A DNA stretch of 64,000 bases, from NCBI GenBank assembly GCA_964016885.1, contig OZ024759.1:14136001-14200000 (forward strand), read 5' to 3'. The notes beneath the pieces were generated by a model. The model saw only the letters and a program-made list of their open reading frames with translations. It made no database searches and had not been told where the DNA came from. Below are positions 1 through 9,640 of this stretch, in pieces. The position numbers were made by a program, and so were the translations under genes. This DNA comes from Eledone cirrhosa. Lineage: Eukaryota. Each line of letters begins with the position of its first letter. Position 1 is the first letter of the stretch.

Positions 1-1325
1 GAAAGTCATGATGTGGTTTAGAAAAAGTGTAACTGAAATGATATTTGAACACTTGCCCCGTCTCATGCTCAAAAGAGGCATGGAAGACTCAGTATAAGAA
101 GCTGCTGACTGAAGAAAATAAATGGGACAGTGAGGGCCTACCACATGTAAACCCAACTGAGAAGATGGTCAGCATTGTAATAGATAAAGCAATTAATGAC
201 ATGAAGGTAGTGGAGGCAGCTGGACCATCCTGTATAGTTACTGAGAGGCTAAAATCATCTGGCATGGTATGATATGAGTTAGTCACACGTATAGTTAATC
301 AAGTAGTACGGGATGGTGTCATATGCAATGATTGGACCAGCTATATCATTGTAAATTGCTACAAGGGCTAATAAAACACATTAGAAAGAAGCAACTTCAT
401 AGATATAAAGTTGATGGACCAAGTCAAGAAAGTTACTGAAAGGGTTATAGCACAATAATTGGGAACAGAATCAAGTTAGATATGATGCAATTTGGATTTA
501 TGATAGTTAGGGGTGATGCCAATGCCCTCTTTTAGTTAAGATAACAACAAACGGGCTGGAGATGGCCTTTGATAGGGTTCCACACCCTACAATCTGTGCA
601 GGCCATGTATAGATGAGCAATGAGTTCAGAGATGAATTTGAAGTGCAGGTGGGGCTCCACAAGTCTTCACTCCTCAGTCCATCCCTGTTTATCATTGTCC
701 TTCAGGTTATTACTGTAGACATTAAAACTGGTACTCCATGGGAGCTCCTACATGCAGATGACCTAATCCTCAGCTGAATCTATAGGAGAGTTAGAGGCAA
801 AATTTCAAGCAGGGAAGAAGAAGCCAATGTTGGATGGTCTAAAACAGTAAACTTAGCAAATACTTAATAAGTAGGATAGAGAACAGGAGGATGATAACAT
901 CAGGGAAGAGGCCTTGTTTGATATGTGAGAAAATATATAACTTCCATACAGTGTAATTTTAAAACATACAAGAGGTCTGATATTGCAGGTGGGCTAACAG
1001 AAAATATAGACTTTGTATGTGGCAGATATGTAGGAGAAGTAATCACTAAGAGCACACATGAAATAGGTTCCTTCAGTTTATAGGGAAATTCCTCAGAAGT
1101 AGTTGACAACTTTTCTTACCTAGACCATCAATTAGCAGTGGGAGAGCCGGTGCCAAAAGTGTAATAGCTAGGATAAGAACAGGCTAAAAGATGTTTATAG
1201 AGCTGCTGCTGCCATTGAATGCAAATGGCTTTTCTCTCAGAGAGAAGAGTAGGCTGTATGATGCCTGTGTGCGAACTACAATACTAAATGGTAGTGAAAT
1301 ATGGATTTTGACTGCAGAAAACATT
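1..1325 (+). pseudogene. Degenerate RTE-clade LINE, linker plus reverse transcriptase segment (left-arm copy)
   Basis: Translated pieces include AWKTQYKKLLTEENKWDSEGLPHVNPTE, AAGPSCIVTERLK, KLDMMQFGFM and EVQVGLHKSSLLSPSLFIIVLQ...TGTPWELLHADDLIL (HADD at 751-762, the YADD position). These match RTE ORF motifs; there are many stops and frameshifts. Confidence 0.88.
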
Positions 1326-2150
1326 TGCAAATTTCTACCTTTCTGCCTCTCCTTTTGCTAGTCATACTTGGTACCTTATGTCTCTTTTAGCTCCCTGGTA
1401 TTGCTTTCTGTCTCTCCCATTCCTCTATTGTCTTCAGACTTGTCTTTTTCTTTTAATGTCTCTTCCTTTCTTATCCCTCCACCACCAAATCACCATTTGT
1501 CTGTCTCATTTCCTGGTCAGAATGAAGCTTATTTGGCTTGTGTGTCCACCTGATTGGTAACTGACCAGGTAGCTGACTATTTTCTTGAGGGTTATGTTCC
1601 AGATGGTTAGATCAAGAGAATAAGAGAACTCCAGAAGTCTAGACCCCTTCCCATTTTTTGTACTGTAAGTCTAGCATCTATATACAACATGAAATCCATC
1701 ATGTCCATTGATGTCACCAACTTTGACAATGAGATCACTGCCATTTGTTGTTGATGTAGCCAACAAGAGGACCTCATAGAAGTGGTCTTTCTGCTGGTCT
1801 CTATGTCTAACATGTGGAGTATATACAGGTAGTATAGTGGCTGTTGTATTACCCACGACTAGTCTATGTTTAATTCTTCTATCACATATCCTGACTACCT
1901 CAATTACCTGGTCTATACATTTTCCAGCTAGTATACTTATCCCACCCAATCATTATTGCTACACACCCAGAATAATTTGTACTGGTGTCCCTTGCCTATA
2001 ACGAATCTGGCTGAAGTGGCCCAACACCTAACCTCTTCCATACAGCACACATCTACTCGTCTCCACCATCTCACCACTCTTGTCTCTCATTCTTCCGGCA
2101 TTTATAGTATAAAATATGAGATTCCTCACTTGATGGAACGAGGAGGTATA
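1326..2150 (-). pseudogene. Degenerate RTE LINE APE-endonuclease segment, opposite in orientation to the adjacent RT segment
   Basis: ORF 1671-1949(-) reads VYTPHV...QKDHFYEVLL...KVGDINGH, matching the APE motifs YAP..DxFYE..GDFNGHVG. The segment is the reverse complement of the array's APE block (9640-10430), at lower identity. Confidence 0.85.
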
Positions 2151-2155
2151 TAGGA

Positions 2156-2175
2156 GGGGGGGGGGGGGGGGGGGG
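2156..2175 (+). repeat. Poly-G run (20 nt)
   Basis: Read directly. The equivalent position in the array units is only a short C-run. Confidence 0.95.
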
Positions 2176-2852
2176 TCATGACTGTCATTCTCTTTTTCTG
2201 GACTTTAGGGGCCGCACGACTGTAATAAATTCGGTGAAGAAAATATGTACTAACTAGACTACGTAACTTGTGGGACGAGTTATGGTATATAGATATTTAT
2301 TACACCAAGTATGAGAAAATAGCGTAATATCTCTCTTTCTGCATAGTTATAGACATATATATAGAAATGCAATCGATAAGATAAGCACGGTAAATATATT
2401 CTGTGGTCAATATGATGAACGAAACCAAGGCTGTGCTCCAGCATGGCCGCAATCAAACAACTGAAACCAGTAAAATATAAAAACATACAGACATGCACAC
2501 ACGCAATTTCGCTGAGCGAGAAAAATTATAGTCAAGGGGAGATAATCAAAAAGAGAGAGAGATAGATACAGAAATAGAGAGAGGGAGAAAGAGAGTAAAA
2601 GAAATGAGAGAGAGAGACATACGTAAACAATGAAATAACGGGGATTAAATTACATTAAATTATTTCATTGATTTACCAACGATATATATATATACACAAA
2701 TAACATATATTGTATATAATAAAGCACATGAATATATCAATCAATATATATATATAAATTTGTGTGTGTAAATATATAGACCTAGGTTAGGGATGGAGCT
2801 TTAGTTTCTCAGTAAGGTGATGATAAAAAGTATCGTAGAATTGATGTTTAGA

Positions 2853-3035
2853 AAAGATAGCTTAGAAAATAGGGTGAAGACCCTGAAAAAGAAGTTGCCA
2901 TCGGCCGCTATGATAAAAATTGAACCCCATATATTTCAGATACCGGAGATATCAGGTTCAATTCCTCATGCCGGTCGTTGGCAACTTCTTTTTCCGTCTT
3001 TTAAGGGTCTACACCCTATCTTATAAGCTAGCTTT
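2853..3035. other. 183-nt imperfect fold-back hairpin, inverted (left-arm) copy
   Basis: gaaaaagaagttgcca pairs with tggcaacttctttttc, aattgaacc with ggttcaatt, and atagggtg with caccctat. It is the reverse complement of 8787-8969. Confidence 0.85.
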
Positions 3036-3340
3036 ATAGCATTTCTGTGCTTGATAATTTTCATTATACTTATATATATATATATATATATCCTCAGCTC
3101 ATCAAAAGCCGAAATTTCAGCTTCGTACATTGTTTATAAAACAACTATTTAATTCACGCTAAATTATTTCCAAGTATTTTCCCAATATTAATCTAAAGAT
3201 TTTCCATAATTCTCATTCAAATTATTTGATAATATATATATATATATATAGAAAAAGAAGTTGCCATCGGGCAGTATGAGGAATTGAACCCCATATCTGC
3301 CAGATACCGGCTATCTGGCACGTTAACAGATTTACGAATG

Positions 3341-3520
3341 TGGATTGGCAGTATCGGTAGAGGGTCGGACGCCATGCTTTCCAGCATAGTTACGTCCCTT
3401 TACGATCTGAGTTCAAATCCCGCCGAGGTTGACTTTGCCTTTCATCCTTACGGGGTCGATAAAATAAAGTACCAGTAATGTACTGGGTAATTTCTGGCCT
3501 TGTGCCAATAGTAGAAACAG
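3341..3520 (+). mobile_element. tRNA-derived SINE (octopus-type), internally deleted
   Basis: A-box-like tggcagtatcgg (3346-3357) and B-box-like gagttcaaatcc (3409-3420), followed by the body gccgaggttgactttgcctttcatcc..ggggtcgataaaataaagtaccag. It is absent from the mirror position in the right palindrome arm (~7700). Confidence 0.8.
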
Positions 3521-3752
3521 TTATATATATATACACATAAATAATATATATCGTATTTAATAACTCACATACTACCATATTTTAAATATATCAATCCACA
3601 CACACGCACACATACAGAAATATATATATATGCAAAGTTTTATTTAAATTGTTGGGTTACAACGAGTAAATATTTATAAAATATGATATTCCTGAAATAT
3701 ATATAATGAAATAAATATGGTTTTGTAAATATAGTTTCCATTTATTTAATAT

Positions 3753-3794
<42 letters not shown>

Positions 3795-4360
3795 TTGTGT
3801 GTAGAAATATATAGACATACACATAAATATATATAAAGAATAAAATTATTTAATTGATTTACAAACGTTATATATATTAACAAATAATACACATATATAA
3901 TAACACATATTAGCTACAATAGAAGTGTGTATATTATATACACCAATAAATAAGGTAATATATAGACTTCCTTAAAGTAGCTAAAAACTAAAAAACATCT
4001 ATTTTAATTCACTCTAAATTTTTTCTCAGTATTTTCCCAATATTACTCTAAAGATTTTCCATAATTTTCATTCAAATTATTTGATAATTCTGTATGTAAA
4101 CATCATAAGCAGAGAGAGCCAAACCCGCGCTAAAAATATGGACGAGAAGGTAACGTGACAAAACATGCTAGAAATAGCAGCCAATTTAACGAAATAGTGA
4201 ACCATGTAAGAAATAAACAAAATAGAATTGATATACATTGGAACATCAATCTAAAATATGTTGGACATTAACAAAAGGCGAAAATTAAACATAAATAACT
4301 TTTTAAAAACTTAATTGTCTTTATAAGAACAAATATATCATTCACTCACCCCCTCTCTCT

Positions 4361-4362
<2 letters not shown>

Positions 4363-4445
<83 letters not shown>

Positions 4446-4457
4446 CATATATATATA

Positions 4458-4488
<31 letters not shown>

Positions 4489-4568
4489 ACATATATATAT
4501 ATACATACATATATATATACATATATACATACATATATATATATATATATACATATATACATATATAT

Positions 4569-4625
<57 letters not shown>
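4363..4625. repeat. (TA)n microsatellite with interspersed CA
   Basis: Read directly. It explains the IYIY ORFs at 4338-4747. Confidence 0.97.
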
Positions 4626-4629
<4 letters not shown>

Positions 4630-5376
4630 CATAGATATACAACTGGGTGCAAACAACAATGTAAATAAATGAAACGGCCTTACTTGCTGACATGCAAGAT
4701 GTAGAGAGAAGTCGAAACATTTCCATGGTAGCAACTTGTAATCCCATTAGATTAATATATGTATGTTTGTGTGAGTGAGGGTGTGTTTGTATAGCACCAT
4801 AATCATCATCACAACTATCTTAAGAGGCCATCACTTAATCGGCGGTACTCAGCTCCCTGACGTGAGGTTGCTCTGCACCAGTTTACTTGTGTCTGCCCTC
4901 CACTAGCCACAGCTTATATATATATGTGTGTTTGTATGCGCGCGCGCGTCTGTGTTTTCTATCGCTTATCAGCCCTACAAAAAGGATCCCAGACTTAAAT
5001 GATCGCGTGTTGAGACATATTGATCGTCTTAAACCCTCTGGTACCGTACCCCAGTCTGGCCGCAGTTAAAACACCAAGACCTATAAAAAAAATTATAAAC
5101 TGTGTAAAATTGATTAAATTTGTAATGTATTCATGGACTAGTTTTTAATATATTGTATATACAGTATATTGTATAGATAATATATTGTATATATAGTACA
5201 TTGTATATATAATACATGGTATATTGTTTACATTGACAAACAACACTCACAATTTCATTTAGCGAAAATATTACGGTGCAAGGGAGGTAATAAAATAGAC
5301 CTCTTGTACAGAAATTTTACATGATTATTTCCCTTTGACTGTATTTTTTTTAACTAGCGAAATTGCGTGTGTGCAG

Positions 5377-5417
<41 letters not shown>

Positions 5418-5859
5418 ATATATACTGTATATATAATGTATACTATATATACAATGTACCATATATACAACATATATATACAATATATTATACAATATCC
5501 TGTATATACAATATATATAATATATTTTAAAATAGTTCATTAATAGTTTTGTTTAAAAGTTAATTAATTGTACATTATGTCAACTATATTTTACAAAAAG
5601 AAGTTATATACAATGATAGAAATATGAAGAAAAAATATGAAAATAAGATTAAGTAATGAAAAGAGGGGGAAGGAGTAAGGAAGGGCAGATCTGGCTGTAT
5701 AGGAAAGTAAAGGAAAGGACTATAAATGCCCTAAATGATAGGAAAAGGATGGGAAAGCAATGATTACTAGGCAACGGAAGAGAGGGTGACAAACTCAATG
5801 CATAGAACACGGTGTTATTTCATATCTCAATCATTAAATCGTACTTTTATTTTTGCACT

Positions 5860-6066
5860 GGTTGTAGTCATTAGAATGTGGCCATGGTGAAGCAACAAAC
5901 TTTAAAATTCCTTTATACGTTTCAGTCTTTTGATTGCGGCCAGACTAGGGTACGGCACCAAAGGGATTAAGACGATCACAGGGATTATTTCAACACCCGA
6001 TCTTTTAAGTCTTGGGTCCTTTTTGTAGAACTGCTAAGCTACGGAAAAACACAGGCGCCCGCGCGC
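5860..6066 (-). mobile_element. Degenerate SINE 3' fragments (mirror copy at ~4940-5085 on +)
   Basis: tttcagtc....gattgcggcca and ctttttgtagaactgctaagctacgg resemble the reverse complement of the common octopus SINE 3' region (from memory). Confidence 0.5.
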
Positions 6067-7372
6067 ACAAACACGTGCGCCCGTGCGCAGAAACACACAC
6101 ATATATATATATAAGCTGTAGCTAGTGGGGGCAGACACCAGTAAACCTGATGCGTTACACGTCATGGAGCTAAGTACCTCCGATTAAGTATTGACCTAGT
6201 CAGTGATGGCCCGTCAAGATAGTTGTGATGATGATTATGGTGGTATACATACAGACACGCACTCACACAAACACACCCACACACATATAATTTCATGAGA
6301 CACAAGTTGCTACCGTGGAAATGATTCGATTCCTCCTCTCTACGTCTTGCCAAGTAAGGCCATGTTTATTTACATTTATGTTTACACCATGTTGTATATG
6401 TATGTAAGTATATATATATATATATATATAATAGCATTAGCGACAATCGGTGGTATAAATTATTACAGTGAGAGTAAGAGTGAATGGGTGAGTGAGATAT
6501 TTCTTCTTAAAAAGACATTTAATTTAAAAATCTTTCATTAATCTTTAATTTCCTCCTTTCATTAATTTCCAAAATATTTTAGATTAATGTTCCAATGTAT
6601 ATCCATTCTATTTAGTTTATTTGTTATGTGGTTCGCTATTAGAGTGATTGTCTTTGGCTGCTATTTCTAGCATGTCCGTCAACTACCTTCCCGTCCATAT
6701 TTTTAGCGCGGGTTTGAGTCTCTCTGTTTATGATATTTATATACAGAATTATCAAATAACTTGAATTAAAATTATGAAATATCTTTAGAGTAATATTGGG
6801 AAAACATATTTGGAAATAAGTAGTGTAAATTAAAATAGATGTTTTATAGTTTTTAGCTACTTTCGAGAAAGTTTATTGCTGTATTTATTGAAGTATATAA
6901 TATAAACACTTCTAGTATAGAACTTTAAACCTTATAATGACGGCAACACTTTTCACACAAGAACAAGCTTGGTACAAAATTTATTGTGTATATATATATA
7001 TATAATTCCTGATGATTTCTCCCGAATGAAACAGTTCTAGGCCTGTAGAAGCCTTTTCTATATTAAATATTTATACTCTGCTTTGTATTGTGTACCTTAC
7101 TTTCTGTGGTTACCCCCGATTGAACCCGGGATAAACTTTATATATATATATATATATAATAACTGCAATTACATCATTATCCGGTAGTACTTAGTTGAAG
7201 ATATATTTTTCTCCGCTAGATAAACCAGAGAGATATTTAAATATTTTCCTGACATCTTTCAGTAACAAAACATTGTAAAGAACTCCATAAAACATCAATT
7301 CTACGATACTTTTTATCTCCATATTGAGAAACTAAAGCTCCATCCATAACCTAAGTCTATATATTTGTACAC

Positions 7373-7374
<2 letters not shown>

Positions 7375-7458
<84 letters not shown>

Positions 7459-7620
7459 ATGTATGTATGTATGTATGTATGTATGTATGTATGTATGTAT
7501 GTATGTATGTATGTATGTATGTATGTATGTATGTATGTGTGTGTGTGTGTATGTACGTGTGTGTATGTGTGTATATACATATGTGTGTGTGTATATATAC
7601 ATATATTTGTGTGTGTGCGT
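7375..7620. repeat. Compound microsatellite (TA)n-(TATG)n-(TG)n
   Basis: Read directly. It explains the ORFs at 7332-7701. Confidence 0.97.
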
Positions 7621-7729
7621 GTTTGTGGATTGATGTATTTAAAATATGGTAGTATGTGTGTTATTATATACGATATATATTATTTATGTGTATATATATA
7701 ACATTCGTAAATCTGTTAACCTTTAGAGA

Positions 7730-8540
7730 AACATGGGAAAAATTTAGCATGAATTAAAGTTGTTGTTTTATAAACGAAGCTGAAATATCGGCTTTTGATG
7801 AACTTAGGATATAGGTAATTATATATAAGTATAAAGATAGTCCTCCAGCATAGAAATGCTATAAAGATAACTTATAAGATAGGGTGAAGACCCTTAAAGG
7901 ACGGAAAATTATGTTGCCATCAGCCGCTATAAGGAATTGAATCCGATATCTCCGGAATATATATAGGGTTTGATATATTAACAAAATGTGTTATATTATA
8001 TACAATACATATTATTTGTGTATATATGTAACATTGGTAAATCAATGAAATAATTCATTGTAATTTAATCCTCGTTATTTCATCGTTGATATCTGTTTCT
8101 CGCTTTCCCTTTCACTCTTTTTCTCTCACTATGTATTTCTGTATCTGTCCCCCTCTCTAATTAGTTTAGCTGATTATCTCCCCTTGACTATAATTTTTCT
8201 CGCTCAGCGAAATTGCGTGTGTGCATGTCTGTATGTTTTTATAGTTTACTGGTTTCAGTCGTTTGACTGCGGTCATGCTGGGGCATAGGCTTGGTTTAGC
8301 TCATCATACTTACTTTAGTATCTATTTATGGGGCTTATGTTATCGATAGCGTTTCTATATATATGGAGAGAGATATTACAATTCTGTTTTGTTTATCTGT
8401 TACGTGGTTCACCATTTCGTCAGTGATTGTCGTTGGCTGCTATTTCTAGCATGTCAGTCAACTACCTTCCCATCCATAATTTTAGCGCGGTTTTGGGTCT
8501 CCCTGTTTACATAATTATCAAATAACTGTCCCCCTCATAT
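7730..8540 (+). repeat. Diverged, rearranged partial copy of the array spacer, with only one hairpin arm
   Basis: 7730-7955 matches 8590-8880 at lower identity and lacks the return arm. 8020-8380 matches 9130-9490, and 8380-8536 matches 13550-13715. Confidence 0.8.
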
Positions 8541-8684
8541 GTATAATATAAAATTATTTGAATTAAAATTATAGAAAATCTTTAGATTAATATTGGGAAA
8601 ATACTTGGAAATAATTGAGCGTGAATTAAATAGTTGTTTTATAAACAATGTACGAAGCTGAAATTTCGGCTTTTGATGAGCTGA

Positions 8685-8753
<69 letters not shown>

Positions 8754-8786
8754 TATAATGAAAGTTATCAAGCACAGAAATGCTAT

Positions 8787-8969
8787 AAAGATAGCTTATA
8801 AGATAGGGTGTAGACCCTTAAAAGACGGAAAAAAAAGTTGCCAACGACCGGCATGAGGAATTGAACCTGATATCTCCGGTATATGAAATATATGGGGTTC
8901 AATTTTTATCATAGCGGCCGATGGCAACTTCTTTTTCAGGGTCTTCACCCTATTTTCTAAGCTATCTTT
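8787..8969. other. 183-nt fold-back hairpin, unit 1 (candidate hairpin RNA)
   Basis: aaagatagctta pairs with taagctatcttt, atagggtg with caccctat, agaccct with agggtct, aagttgcca with tggcaactt, and aattgaacc with ggttcaatt. There is one ~9-nt bulge. Confidence 0.85.
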
Positions 8970-9640
8970 TCTAAACATCAATTCTACGATACTTTTTATC
9001 ATCTCCATACTGAGAAACTAAAGCTCCATCCCTAACCTAGGTCCCTAACACACAAATATATATATATATATAGGGATTGGTATATTAACAATACGTGTTA
9101 TAATATATACGATATATATTATTTGTGTGTATATATATAACTTTCGTAAATCAATGAAATAATTCATTGTAATTTAATCCTCGTTATTTCATTGTTGATA
9201 TCTGTTTCTCGCTTTCTCTTTCACTCTTTTTTTCTCACTCTGTATCTCTCTATCTGTCCCCCTCTCTAATTAGTTTAGCTGATTATCTCCCCTTGACTAT
9301 AATTTTTCTCGCTCAGCGAAATTGCGTGTGTGCATGTCTGTATGTTTTTATAGTTTACTGGTTTCAGTCGTTTGACTGCGGTCATGCTGGAGCATAGGCT
9401 TGGTTTAGCTCATCATACTTACCTTAGTATCTATTTATGGGGCTTATGTTATCGATAGCGTTTCTATATATATGGAGAGAGAGAGAGATATTACGCTATT
9501 TTCTCATACTTGGTGGAACAAATATCTATATACAATAATTCAATTTGCGTGGTCTACCTAGTACGGATATTCTTCACCGAATTTATTACGGTCGTGGGTC
9601 CCTGAAGCCCAGTAAAATAGAATGACTGTCATGCAGCCCT

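Larger units (their letters stand above)
3321..7720. repeat. Large diverged inverted repeat (arms ~3321-5085 and ~5910-7720)
   Basis: Reverse-complement matches: 3322-3341 with 7701-7720, 3525-3615 with 7610-7700, ~3960-4340 with ~6490-6870, ~4650-4920 with ~6110-6385, and ~4940-5085 with ~5910-6066. Confidence 0.85.

Noticed and set aside
3341-3425. tRNA gene suggested by A/B boxes
   Set aside because: No cloverleaf can be built, and the sequence continues into a SINE body.
4338-4747. Ile/Tyr-rich ORFs (also 7332-7701, 8535-8771, 62729-62960)
   Set aside because: Translations of (TA)n/(TATG)n microsatellites.
8673-8684. TGATGA..CTGA as C/D snoRNA boxes or a hammerhead core in each unit
   Set aside because: The boxes are adjacent with no guide region, and the CUGANGA/stem II/GAAA order is missing.
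8796-9008. 70-aa ORF MEMIKSIVELMFRKDS... open in all 10 copies, as a micro-protein gene family
   Set aside because: It has no recognisable domain and overlies the hairpin. Between-copy changes are mostly amino-acid altering (S/A/C, G/D, S/Y, L/F, I/T, Q/H, S/R), and at this DNA identity staying open is expected. Not fully excluded without Ribo-seq.
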